This document shows positions 46,198-55,855 of a stretch of DNA of 60,451 bases, in pieces. The notes beneath the pieces were generated by a model that saw nothing but the letters and a program-made list of their open reading frames with translations, made no database searches and had not been told where the DNA came from. How positions within the stretch are numbered: the first letter of the stretch is position 1; every line of letters begins with the position of its first letter. The DNA is taken from contig DAORGN010000004.1 of the NCBI GenBank assembly GCA_035340095.1, forward strand, positions 1 through 60,451, given 5' to 3'. The DNA is from Pseudomonadota bacterium (lineage in GTDB: Bacteria; Myxococcota_A; Polyangia; Palsa-1104; JAEUJZ01). Made by a program: the position numbers and the translations under genes.

Positions 46198-47021
46198 ACA
46201 CCCGCTTTGTCACAGCCTTTGGGCTGATTTTTCTGTCGCTCACCGCTGCGTGTCCGCCGGCAGCGGAAGTCAAAACCGCCGCCCCCAAAGCAGCGCTGAG
46301 CGACGCCGAGCTACCATCGGACCCCGCGGCGCTCATCAAGCTTGCCGACGAACAACTGGCGCTTGGTGGCGTCGGCTTTCGCAACGCGCAGCTCGCAATG
46401 GAAAAAGCGCTCAGCAACGCCGAATTTGCCGGACAAAAGTCGTCTTTCGATGCGCACTATCGGCTCGCGCAGGCGGCGGCTGGACAGTGCACGCTGGACG
46501 AAGGTGCGGCATGCCAAGCCGGCCTGCCGAAAGCGCTGGAATCGGCCCGTCGCGCCGTCGAGATTTCACCGGACCGAATCGAAGGCCATTACTATCTGGC
46601 GCAGCTCATCGGCTTTTCGGCGCAGACCCAGCGTGGTGCCGATGTAAAACCGATGCTCACCCAGATGGTTGGGGAGTCGGAGCTTGCCATCAAAATTGAT
46701 GAAAAGTTCGACTCAGGCGGACCGCTGCGGATGCTCGGCACGGTCTATACCCGCGCTCCTGCCCCGCCGGTGGCGATTGGCGATCCGGAAAAAGGCGTGC
46801 AGCTTCTCACCCGAGCGGTCGCTGCGGCCCCGGAGCACCCACTCAATGTGATTTACCTCGCGGAAGCCCAGGTCGCTGACGAACGCTACCAAGACGCCGA
46901 TGCGTCGATCCAGAAAGCGCGCAAGCTGCTCAGCGACGCAAAGTGGAGCAGCCGCCGCGCGGAGTGGAAAGAAGTGCTCGCGAAGGTGGAGCGCAAGCTC
47001 AAGGCCAAGCAAGGACAGTAA
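46194..47021 (+). CDS. TPR/TatT-like lipoprotein (BstC-like?)
   Basis: LTAAC lipobox, TPR helices, DEKFDSGGPLRMLGTVYTRAP...GDPEKGVQLLTRAV...PEHPLNVIYLAE. Confidence 0.75.
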   Translation: MNTRFVTAFGLIFLSLTAACPPAAEVKTAAPKAALSDAELPSDPAALIKLADEQLALGGVGFRNAQLAMEKALSNAEFAGQKSSFDAHYRLAQAAAGQCTLDEGAACQAGLPKALESARRAVEISPDRIEGHYYLAQLIGFSAQTQRGADVKPMLTQMVGESELAIKIDEKFDSGGPLRMLGTVYTRAPAPPVAIGDPEKGVQLLTRAVAAAPEHPLNVIYLAEAQVADERYQDADASIQKARKLLSDAKWSSRRAEWKEVLAKVERKLKAKQGQ

Positions 47022-47114
47022 GCGCCCGCCCAGCACGGCCCACCCGATCGCCCAGACTTGACGGCGCCGGATCGTGGTGGCACCGTCGTCTTCCATTTTG
47101 CGAAGGACCGTCCG

Positions 47115-48179
47115 ATGAGAGCGACTGTTGCACGATTTGGCGTCGGTGTTGGCCTGCTTCTGGCAGGCTGCGCCCTGGCCCCACCCACGCATCCGAGTGG
47201 ACTGCCCAGAGTTCCGCGCTACACAAACTCGATCCAGCTCGACTTTTTGCTCAGCAGCTATCGAGCGGTGGCGGAAAAAGCAGCGATGTCGTCAGAATCA
47301 GCCAAGCTTCTCGACGAAGCATGTCTGGGCTGGGAACGGGCGGTGCTTGATCTCCACGGGGCCCGGCTGTATCCGAGCATCCTTCGCCAAACGCCTGAGA
47401 CGCTGATGCTCGAACAGGTGTGGCAGGATCTTCCCAAAACCGTCGAAAAATACCCGCGCCCGGCGGTGTGTGACAATTTGAAGATTCCCGTCTCGACGAG
47501 CGGAATGCCCAAAGAGGTCACACTCGGTGTGGTCGCAAGCACCGTCCCACCTGCGGCGTCCGCGATGGGCTCGGGTGATGCAGCCAGTCCAACACCGCCG
47601 CCTGTCGCGCCAAGTCCGACGGCTCCGCCTGCCGATGGAGCTGGCATCATGCCGCCCCCGGCCATCAGCATGCCGTCGACTGCCAGCAGCGAACCGCTGA
47701 CGCCGGTCGCCCGCGAGCGTGTCGCGCTTCAGCGACTTCGGATCGCGCTGTCGCTGCCACCAAACCCGCCGGCCAATCTGCCGAGCGCGGCAATCGATCC
47801 AACGCTGCCGCTGGGACTGCCGGGTACGGTGGACCTTCCGGTGCTGCGCGAGCTGGCCGAAAGCGACCTTCCGACCGTGAAACTGCGGGCGCGCTACCAC
47901 CTGCTCGGGCTCTGTACGCTCGCGGTGGAAACCGCCGATCGGAACCGCACGCCGATCAGCAGCGCAAGCCAAGCCGCGATCCAGCCGGCAGATCCGGTGG
48001 TTTGTGGTGCAAACAGCCCAAATGAGTCGCTGCGCGCCGGTCAGCGTCGGCTGCTGCGATCGCTGCTTTCGGCGTGGCGAGCCCGGTACAGCGAGCCGAT
48101 GGCTGATTTCGTCACCAGCCTCGCAAGCTTCGTCTCTCGTGATAACCCAGTCCTCGATGGACCACGCACGTCCCGCTGA
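47115..48179 (+). CDS. hypothetical lipoprotein with Pro-rich central linker
   Basis: LLLAGC lipobox, AAGGA SD. Confidence 0.7.
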   Translation: MRATVARFGVGVGLLLAGCALAPPTHPSGLPRVPRYTNSIQLDFLLSSYRAVAEKAAMSSESAKLLDEACLGWERAVLDLHGARLYPSILRQTPETLMLEQVWQDLPKTVEKYPRPAVCDNLKIPVSTSGMPKEVTLGVVASTVPPAASAMGSGDAASPTPPPVAPSPTAPPADGAGIMPPPAISMPSTASSEPLTPVARERVALQRLRIALSLPPNPPANLPSAAIDPTLPLGLPGTVDLPVLRELAESDLPTVKLRARYHLLGLCTLAVETADRNRTPISSASQAAIQPADPVVCGANSPNESLRAGQRRLLRSLLSAWRARYSEPMADFVTSLASFVSRDNPVLDGPRTSR

Positions 48180-48409
48180 TACACATTGGCCGGCAGTTCG
48201 GTGGCGAAAATGCCCAATTCCGTGCTAAGGTGCGTATCCGGTTTCCCTTGCCAGCGCGCCTTACCAGGCGTGTCCCTGTCGGGCAGACGCAGCGCAAAGC
48301 GGAACCAAGGAATCAAAACCAGCAGCACAACCAACACTTGACCGAACTGCCGTTTGGGCAAACTACTTCGCGAAATTTCCGATTCGGCAACGAAGGAGCC
48401 TCTTCTCCC

Positions 48410-50401
48410 ATGCGCAAGCCGCCGCTCCGCAGTCCCAGGGACTATCTCGCTCAGCCCGAGACCCAACACAGCTACCTCGGCATGGAACCCGCCCGCGGGC
48501 GCACCGCAGTTGCAGGTGGTGAGTCTTTTGCCGAGCTTTTTGAGGCATCGCTCCGTTCCGAGAAGCGCGCCGTCGCCAAGCGCGATCCAGAAGTCGGTGA
48601 ACTGGTCCAGGGCGAAATCGTCCAGATCGGCACCGAATACGCATTCCTCGACATTGGCGGCAAGTCCGAGGCCATGATTTCTCTCGATGAGCTGCGCGGT
48701 GAAGACGGCGAACTGACCGTCCACATCGGTGACAAGCTCGAAGGTCACGTCATCGGCTCCGTCGGAAAAGACGGCGGACTTTTGATCAGCGGTCGGCTGC
48801 AAAAAGGCGCCGGCCTGTCCGATCAGATCCGCACCGCCTATCGCCAGGGCACCCCAGTCCAGGGCCTTGTCACCGGCGTCAACAAGGGCGGCCTCGATGT
48901 CGACCTGGGCGGCGTGCGGGCGTTCCTTCCGTCGTCTCAGATCGAGCTTCGCTACTGCCAAGATCCATCGATCTACCTGGGCAAAGCTCTGGCGCTCAAA
49001 GTAAGCCGCATCAGTGAAGAAAGCCGCCAAGTCATCGTGTCCCGTCGAGCGGTGCTCGAAATTGAGCAGCGCGCCCTGTCCGATGAAAGCCGCGCCCGTC
49101 TGAAGATCGGCGAACGCTACACCGGCACCATCGTCGCAATGCAAGAGCCAGCAGCCCTGGTCGACATCGGTGGTCTCGACGGCAGCGTCCCGACGGCGGA
49201 ACTGTATCAAGCCGCCCGCAGCGCCGGTCGCGACGAAAACTCGATCAAGATCGGCCAGCGCGTCGATGTCGAAGTCGTAAAGCTCGAGGAAGTGCGCCCC
49301 GGCCACGATCACCTCCACCACAGCTTCCAAGGCAATCTGCGGATCGGTCTTTCGCTCAAGGGTCTTTTGGCCGATCCGATGGCGGAAGCGTTGTCGACGC
49401 TGTCCGAAGGTGAGCGCGTCCGTGGTCGCGTCGTCCGCCTGGAACCATTTGGTGCTTTCGTCGAAATCCGCACGGGTGTCGAAGCGCTGATCCACATCTC
49501 GCTGATGGCCGAGCGGCACATCACCCACCCGCGGGAAATCCTTCAGCTTGGGCAAGAGCTGACGGCGACGGTCGTCAGCCTCGATCGCGAGCGGCGGCGA
49601 ATTGGTCTGTCGCTGATCGAGGAAGCGCGAGCGGCGCAGGCGCAGGTCGCGCAGACGCTGAAGGCGGGCGATCGGATGAAAGCGCGGATCGAGCGCGTCG
49701 AGGGCAACGGCCTGATCGTGCGGGTCATGGTGCCCGACGTTCTGCCGACGACATTCCCGCGCGGACTGATCCCCAACGCCGAAGTCGGTGTTCCCCGCGG
49801 AACGGATCTGAAAAAGCTGTTCCAAATTGGCCGCGAAGTGATGGCGGTTGTCATGAGCGTCGACGGCGAGGGACGGGTTCGGCTGTCAATTCGGCAGCTG
49901 ACCGAAGCGCCGCCCGCGCCCGCCGTCGAAGCAGCCCCGGTTGTGACGGAAGTGGCGACGGCCAAAGCAATCGAAGCCGCGGCAGTCAGCCATGAAGCCC
50001 CGGCGGTGACGGCATCGACGGAAACGCCCAAGAGCAAACCGAAGACGACGCGCGCCAAAAAACCCAAGGTCGCCGATGAGTCGTCGACCGCCAGTGCGGA
50101 AACGCCAGTCCAGCCCGCCGCACCGACTGCCGAAGCAGAATCGACCAAGTCGCCTGCTCGCAAGACCACCCGGACCAAGAAAAAAGCCGAAGAACCCGCT
50201 CCGGCAGAAGTGGTCGTCGCAGAGGTAGCACCAGCGGAAGCCCCGGCCCAAAAGGCAACCAAAGCCAAGTCTTCGACGAGCAAAAAGACGAAGGCTGCCG
50301 CGGAGGAGACGCCGAAAGCTGAGCCTGCGAAAGCCCCTGTGCTCGAAGCCCCAGCCGAACCCGTCACCGCAACCAAGAAGCGCGTTCGCAAGTCGGCCTA
50401 G
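48410..50401 (+). CDS. multi-S1-domain RNA-binding protein (ribosomal S1 paralog) with long Ala/Lys/Pro/Thr tail
   Basis: About five S1 repeats (e.g. VNKGGLDVDLGGVRAFLPSSQI, FGAFVEIRTGVEALIHISLM). Start uncertain (48230, 48410 or 48482); AAGGAG precedes 48410. Confidence 0.85.
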   Translation: MRKPPLRSPRDYLAQPETQHSYLGMEPARGRTAVAGGESFAELFEASLRSEKRAVAKRDPEVGELVQGEIVQIGTEYAFLDIGGKSEAMISLDELRGEDGELTVHIGDKLEGHVIGSVGKDGGLLISGRLQKGAGLSDQIRTAYRQGTPVQGLVTGVNKGGLDVDLGGVRAFLPSSQIELRYCQDPSIYLGKALALKVSRISEESRQVIVSRRAVLEIEQRALSDESRARLKIGERYTGTIVAMQEPAALVDIGGLDGSVPTAELYQAARSAGRDENSIKIGQRVDVEVVKLEEVRPGHDHLHHSFQGNLRIGLSLKGLLADPMAEALSTLSEGERVRGRVVRLEPFGAFVEIRTGVEALIHISLMAERHITHPREILQLGQELTATVVSLDRERRRIGLSLIEEARAAQAQVAQTLKAGDRMKARIERVEGNGLIVRVMVPDVLPTTFPRGLIPNAEVGVPRGTDLKKLFQIGREVMAVVMSVDGEGRVRLSIRQLTEAPPAPAVEAAPVVTEVATAKAIEAAAVSHEAPAVTASTETPKSKPKTTRAKKPKVADESSTASAETPVQPAAPTAEAESTKSPARKTTRTKKKAEEPAPAEVVVAEVAPAEAPAQKATKAKSSTSKKTKAAAEETPKAEPAKAPVLEAPAEPVTATKKRVRKSA

Positions 50402-50560
50402 TCTCCGCTTCGTGTTCCCCGCCGGCTGTCTCAAGCCGGAAAAAGTCCATTCAGAAACTATCTTTGCGCAGAAAGTGTGGCGCGTTACCTTGTAAGGGGC
50501 GCTGCATGCACTGCACGTAGCGCCGGGCTGTACTCGTCGGAATTCCCACAAGAGGTTGTC

Positions 50561-51961
50561 ATGCGGTCTAGGATTCCTGTTCTTGCGCTCTCCCTGCTTG
50601 GCTGCTTGGGGCTTGGCTGTCCGCCCGCCGCGGATCAGCGACCCGACACCGTTCCTCCTCTCGACAATGGTCCAGCCAAAGAGCCGATCCCCGAGGTCTG
50701 TGACGATCCAGTGCTGATGGCGCCGCTGACCGCCGAACATGCCAACTACGGACGCGCGTTTACTCGCTACAACCGGCTCGAGCAGCGCTATAAGGCCAAG
50801 CTCCAGGCGCGCGAGCTGCAAGCGGCTTATGACTCGCTGATGAGCCTGGGCCGGCTGTCTCTACGACGGCTCAACAAGCCGGATGTCGCCATCGCTCACT
50901 TTTCCGAAGCACGCACGCTGGCCGCGCAGATCGGAGAGCCGGCGAAAGAGGCCGACGCGCTGGTCTTTACCGCGCAGGCGCAGGTTCGGCGGACGCTCTA
51001 CAGCGACGCAGTGACGACGCTGGGCCAGGCGCAGGCGATCTACAAAAAACAGAACATGCCGCTGGCCGAAGCGCGCACGATGGCGCTGACGGGGATTGCC
51101 TACCACCATCTGAAAAATCCGCAGAAGGCGGTGGCTCTCGTCGGTCAAGCCGATAACACCGTGCGCACTGTGAAGTCTGACGATCGCCAGGTCAAAATGG
51201 CGGTAGGTCGCACGCTGATGGCGATTGGGTCGGCGCGCAACCTGCTTGGCGAAACCCGACGGGCCGAAGACGCATTCCAAGAAGCGCTCGCCGCGTTTGT
51301 GTCGTCGTCTGATTTCCCCGAGCAGGCGCAAGCGCTCGAAGAAATCGCTGAGATTCACGAAAAAATCGGCAACCACGAAAAAGCCGCAGCGTATTTCCAA
51401 GAAGCCTATGCGGTGTGGCACAAGCTCGGAAACACCGATGGACAAGCCGACACGCTGATCGACCTGGGCGACGAGCTGTTCCAGCTTGGTCAGAAAGACC
51501 TGGCGCTCAATTCGTATATGAAAGCGCGGGCACTTTACGAACAGAGCGGTCAAGAAGGCGATTCCTCGGCGGCGCTCGGACGGATGGGCAAAGCTTATGC
51601 GGCGCTCGGACAGAAAGCGCAGGCGTTTGCTTCGTTCTTCCAGGCGCTATCGCTGGCCCGTGCAAGTCAGCGTCCGACGCGGCTGGCGGCGGTGCTGCAC
51701 GATGTATCGGCGACATATTCGACGATGGGTGACTATGAACACGCGGTGCGCTGCAGCCAGCGGGCGTTCCAGTTTTGGCAGGAGCTCGGCGAGCAAGACG
51801 ACGCGGTGCGGGCGCTTGTTGAGGTCGGCGACAACTACCTCAAGCTCGGTGATTTGCGTGGCGCGCGTGACAACTACGATCGGGCGCTCGGAATCTGTCG
51901 CGCGCTGGTCGATCTGTCGTGCGAAGCCACCGTCCGCAAGCGGCTCGATCACGCCCAATAG
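50561..51961 (+). CDS. TPR-repeat lipoprotein
   Basis: LGLGC lipobox, many TPR-like A..L..LG repeats; GAGG SD. Confidence 0.85.
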   Translation: MRSRIPVLALSLLGCLGLGCPPAADQRPDTVPPLDNGPAKEPIPEVCDDPVLMAPLTAEHANYGRAFTRYNRLEQRYKAKLQARELQAAYDSLMSLGRLSLRRLNKPDVAIAHFSEARTLAAQIGEPAKEADALVFTAQAQVRRTLYSDAVTTLGQAQAIYKKQNMPLAEARTMALTGIAYHHLKNPQKAVALVGQADNTVRTVKSDDRQVKMAVGRTLMAIGSARNLLGETRRAEDAFQEALAAFVSSSDFPEQAQALEEIAEIHEKIGNHEKAAAYFQEAYAVWHKLGNTDGQADTLIDLGDELFQLGQKDLALNSYMKARALYEQSGQEGDSSAALGRMGKAYAALGQKAQAFASFFQALSLARASQRPTRLAAVLHDVSATYSTMGDYEHAVRCSQRAFQFWQELGEQDDAVRALVEVGDNYLKLGDLRGARDNYDRALGICRALVDLSCEATVRKRLDHAQ

Positions 51962-51991
51962 TCTTTTTGGACTTACTCCAAAGGTCGGCGC

Positions 51992-53329
51992 ATGAACCGC
52001 GAATCGCCTCCGGTAGTTGTTCTCGGCTGTGGTTACGTCGGAACGCGGCTCGCGCAGTCGCTGCTGGCCGACGGTGTGACGGTCCGGGTGTGCGCCCGAC
52101 GGATCGCACTTTTGGAACCACTGCGCGCGCGCGGTGCGGACGTCCACTATCTCGACGGGGGAAGGCCGCATCAGTTTGCGCCCGCGCTGGCGGGACTTCT
52201 GCGTCCGGTGGTGGTGTACTCGATTCCGGGCGTGCCGGGTCTGCCGCAGGGGGAAGGCGTCCGTCGAGCCGCCACCGCTGCCCAGCGTGCCGGAGCAAGC
52301 GCCTTCATTTACCTCAGCAGCAGCGCCGTGTATGGCCGCAGCGAGCTGCCATTTACCGCCGAATGGGTGGACGAAGACTCGCCGATTGCGATTGGAGATG
52401 CCGATGCCATGGTGCGTCTGGCCGACGAAGCCGCGCTCCAATCGATTGCGCAGTCGGGTCTGCGGACGGTGATCTTGCGGCTGGGTGCGATTTACGGCCC
52501 AGCCGTCGATGAATTTCACGCCGCGCGCGGTGCCCGCCAGCGGCTGCGAGCCGGTCAGTACAAGCTGTGGGACGGTGGACGGCACTATTTTTCCCGCATT
52601 TTCGTCGACGACTTGGTTCGCATCATCCGCACGGCGGCAGACAAAGCACCGCCCGGATCGACCTACGTCGTCGGTGACGACACCCCTTGTCTGCAAAGCG
52701 AGTACGGTACGTGGCTGGCCCACCACCTCCAGTTGCCGATGCCGCCCGAGGTGGATGCCGCTCGCGCGGGCGGTCCTCGCAACATCATTCGTGGTCGACG
52801 GCTGCGCAATGCCAAGCTCAAACAAGAGCTGGGTCTGACGCTGCTTTATCCCGGCTATCGGGAAGGCGAGCTGGCGATTGATGCCGTCGAGCAAGGCGCG
52901 CCCCTGCCGCCGCTGCGGCTTTCGGACCAGACGCCGCTTGTGCCGAACAGCGCGACAAAGCCCCCGGCCAGCGTCCCCGTTCCCAGCCAAGCGGACGCGC
53001 CAGCGACGATCGCCGAGGCTGTCTCGCCTGCGCCAGTCCCAGAAGCTGTCACGGTCGCTGCCACACCGTCGCCCTGGCCCAAGCCGGTGGACACAAGCGA
53101 TCTGGGACTGCTTGCCGATGCCACTGCGCGCGGTGTCTTCGCCATCCGCCTGAAAGCCGGGGAAGTCGCCGAGCGCGGGCCGGCCTACGTGCTGCTATGC
53201 GGCCACGCCAAGGCCCAGCTTGGTGGCGCAAGCCATGTCTTCGCCGCCTGGAGCGCCGTTCCGGCAGGCACCGCTATTACCGCGACGGAAGACTGCGTAC
53301 TTATCCAGATCACTGCGCCCCAAAACTGA
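51992..53329 (+). CDS. atypical SDR (YeeZ-like NAD-dependent epimerase) with C-terminal extension
   Basis: VVVLGCGYVG, YLSSSAVYG, LRLGAIYGP, SRIFVDDL, NAKLKQELG...YPGYREG, then about 130 extra residues. Confidence 0.85.
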   Translation: MNRESPPVVVLGCGYVGTRLAQSLLADGVTVRVCARRIALLEPLRARGADVHYLDGGRPHQFAPALAGLLRPVVVYSIPGVPGLPQGEGVRRAATAAQRAGASAFIYLSSSAVYGRSELPFTAEWVDEDSPIAIGDADAMVRLADEAALQSIAQSGLRTVILRLGAIYGPAVDEFHAARGARQRLRAGQYKLWDGGRHYFSRIFVDDLVRIIRTAADKAPPGSTYVVGDDTPCLQSEYGTWLAHHLQLPMPPEVDAARAGGPRNIIRGRRLRNAKLKQELGLTLLYPGYREGELAIDAVEQGAPLPPLRLSDQTPLVPNSATKPPASVPVPSQADAPATIAEAVSPAPVPEAVTVAATPSPWPKPVDTSDLGLLADATARGVFAIRLKAGEVAERGPAYVLLCGHAKAQLGGASHVFAAWSAVPAGTAITATEDCVLIQITAPQN

Positions 53330-53347
53330 TCGCGCGGCCAAAACGGA

Positions 53348-54166
53348 TCAGCTGACCGGCGGCCCCTGCATCCAGCTGTCGAGCACGCTGCCCGACGCCG
53401 TGACCTCCATTTTGATCGTCGAGTCCGGCTTGGCAACGATGTCGATGATGCACGAATCGAGCGGCTGGGGTCGTGAACCCGGCATCATGCCTTGCGTGCG
53501 GGTGCGGAAAATAAGCTGGCTCGACGAAGATGCGGTCGTGTCTCCGACGAGCGCCAGCGGCTGGCCAGTGCTCGCGCACTTAAGGACCGTCACCGCGACA
53601 GTTGCCGTTGGTGGGAAATTCCATCCAAGCACATCCAGTTCAAAAATCGGCTGCATCGTCCGCGGGTCCAGCGTCAGATAGCGCTTCGCCGAATAGATGA
53701 ACACATCCTTGTCGAGCGATTTTTGGGTCAAATCAGGCCGCGGCGGCGCCGCCAACTGCGCCAGATCGAGCTGTACATCGACAAACGATTCCTCGGTCGT
53801 CACCGACGAAGAATCGCCAATGCTCAGGATGGTGCTGCCCTGCGTCGCGGCGATGCTGACGGTGGTCTGTTTGACCTGACCGCTCGACTGGATCGACGGC
53901 TGCCCCGACAGCACCAAGCCATAGGTGTACTGGACGCGCTCCGCCGAAGAAAGACCGCTTACGGAGAGCGGCTGCGGCGCGGATGTCTTCGATTCAGCGA
54001 TGCTCATGCGATCGGAGCCGCGAATCTCGGTATGCGTCATCACGTACAGTTTTTCCGCTTTGTCGGGAATGTTGAGCAAAATGAGCCGCAGATCAGGCGC
54101 ACATCCCGACGAAACGAGCGCCCAAAGCCCCAGACCTCGCAGCGCATGACCGAGCGTTGCCGCCAT
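53348..54166 (-). CDS. hypothetical lipoprotein
   Basis: LVSSGC lipobox; 15 bp downstream of the TPR gene. Confidence 0.7.
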   Translation of the reverse strand: MAATLGHALRGLGLWALVSSGCAPDLRLILLNIPDKAEKLYVMTHTEIRGSDRMSIAESKTSAPQPLSVSGLSSAERVQYTYGLVLSGQPSIQSSGQVKQTTVSIAATQGSTILSIGDSSSVTTEESFVDVQLDLAQLAAPPRPDLTQKSLDKDVFIYSAKRYLTLDPRTMQPIFELDVLGWNFPPTATVAVTVLKCASTGQPLALVGDTTASSSSQLIFRTRTQGMMPGSRPQPLDSCIIDIVAKPDSTIKMEVTASGSVLDSWMQGPPVS

Positions 54167-54181
54167 GTTTTTCCCCTCGCG

Positions 54182-54877
54182 CTAGTACTGAAGAACGATT
54201 TTCCCACCGTCGGTCTTGTAGAGCGTTAGACCCAGTCCAACACCGACCGCAATCGCTGCACCACCGACGATCACACCGCTGGTCAGACCCCAAAACCACG
54301 GCTTTTTATAAAGCGGCGGATTTTTGACCCGATCGAGCTGCCGCTGCGCTTCCTCGCGCTTGCGAATCTGCTCGGCCAGCTCCGTCTCTTTTTGCGACAG
54401 GTTCTCTTCGGCGCGCTGCTTGGCCTGCTGCTCTTGCAACAGCGTAAGCTCGGCTTGCTGTTTGGCTTGCTGTTCCCCGATCAAAATGTCGAGCGTCTGC
54501 ACATAGCCCTTTGCTTCGGGCACGAGCGGACTGTTCGGGGCGACAGCGACGAAGCGTTCGTACATGTCTTTTGCATCAATGGGACGCAGCGCTTTGCGAT
54601 AGGCCTGCCCAGCGTTAAACAAAAACAGCGGATTGGGAGCCTGCGCGTAAGCGCGTTTTAGCTCGTCGGCAGCGTCGGAAAAACGCTGTTCTTTGAACAG
54701 TGATTGGGCGCGGCGTGCGTGATCATCTGCCGATCCGGTTTCCGAAGACGGACTCGCTTTTTCCGTCAGCGACTTTTCCGCTGGGCCGGGCTCTTGGGCT
54801 TCCGCAGCCCGCGCAGGCGTGGCGACGATCACCGCTTTTAGCAAAAGCGCGAAGACCACAAGCTCACGATCACGCAT
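54182..54877 (-). CDS. secreted TPR protein with coiled coil and C-terminal TM
   Basis: Signal peptide, LFLFNAGQAYRK (TPR), PLYKKPWFWG followed by a hydrophobic helix; GGGGAG SD. Confidence 0.8.
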   Translation of the reverse strand: MRDRELVVFALLLKAVIVATPARAAEAQEPGPAEKSLTEKASPSSETGSADDHARRAQSLFKEQRFSDAADELKRAYAQAPNPLFLFNAGQAYRKALRPIDAKDMYERFVAVAPNSPLVPEAKGYVQTLDILIGEQQAKQQAELTLLQEQQAKQRAEENLSQKETELAEQIRKREEAQRQLDRVKNPPLYKKPWFWGLTSGVIVGGAAIAVGVGLGLTLYKTDGGKIVLQY

Positions 54878-54976
54878 CAGCACTCTCCCCTCACAGGCTA
54901 AGACACGCGGCAAGACCAAGCGGGCAACCCGCCGCACCCGTTAGAGACGCCAGCACCGAAACGATTGCAAAACTCG

Positions 54977-55816
54977 TTACGCCGGACGCGACACCCGCAG
55001 CGAAAACACGAGAGGAATCATCCCCGGATGGGCAGCAAACCAAAATCCTGGCGGATTCCCTGGCCGCGCTACAAGCCCCGGAAAGATATCGAACGGCGTG
55101 TAGTCATACTCGGCAAAGTGGTCGACGCGCAGGCCCGCCGAAATCAGCGCCGACATAAGGTCCGACAGCGGATGATTCCAGCCATGTTCGCGGTAGGTGA
55201 TCTTTGCTTCCCGCTCGGCATACGTTCCACTGCCAAGCTCTGTGATCGGCCCCGCATTGAAATAGGAATAGCGGATCGACAGATCCGGCCCCACCTGCGA
55301 CATCCAGACATAGGGATGGAATTCGATCAGGAAAAACGATCCGCCGGGCTTTAGGGAATCGTAAACCACCTTGGCCCACGGACGCAGATCCGGCAGCCAA
55401 CCGATCACTCCGAACGACGAAAACACCCAATCGAACGTTTCGGAAATGTGCTGCCGGGTGTCGTAGACATTGCAATCGACAAAGCGCGCCACGTCGGACA
55501 GACCGACATCCTGGGTCAGCTTGCGAGCGAGTGAAATCGCTTTGCTGGAAAAATCGACGCCGACCACCTTGGCACCCCGACGGGCCCACGACAGCGTATC
55601 CAGACCAAAGTGACACTGCAGATGCAGAAGCGATTTGCCGGACACATCGCCAAGCAGCTCCTCTTCCAGAGGCGTCAGAGATGACTTCCCGGCGCGAAAT
55701 CCTTCCACATCATAAAAACGGCTCTGTTCGTGCACATCGACGCGCGCATTCCACGCCGCTTGGTTATCGGAAAACATGGATTCCCAATCTTGGGGACTTG
55801 GCTTCTCATTCAGCAT
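54977..55816 (-). CDS. class I SAM-dependent methyltransferase
   Basis: LLHLQCHFGLDTLSWARRGAKVVGVDFS, FDWVFSSFG, LKPGG. Confidence 0.92.
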   Translation of the reverse strand: MLNEKPSPQDWESMFSDNQAAWNARVDVHEQSRFYDVEGFRAGKSSLTPLEEELLGDVSGKSLLHLQCHFGLDTLSWARRGAKVVGVDFSSKAISLARKLTQDVGLSDVARFVDCNVYDTRQHISETFDWVFSSFGVIGWLPDLRPWAKVVYDSLKPGGSFFLIEFHPYVWMSQVGPDLSIRYSYFNAGPITELGSGTYAEREAKITYREHGWNHPLSDLMSALISAGLRVDHFAEYDYTPFDIFPGLVARPGNPPGFWFAAHPGMIPLVFSLRVSRPA

Positions 55817-55855
55817 GCGCGCACATTACTATAAAAATTCGCATCTGGAGCCGTC

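Noticed and set aside
50422-50444. Hairpin CCGGCT-N6-AGCCGG after the S1-like gene as an intrinsic terminator
   Set aside because: It is followed by an A-tract on the plus strand, so neither strand has a U-tract after the stem.
48041-52990. Long antisense or overlapping ORFs (48041..49825, 49886..50821, 51647..52990)
   Set aside because: They overlap well-supported genes and have no motifs or start signals.
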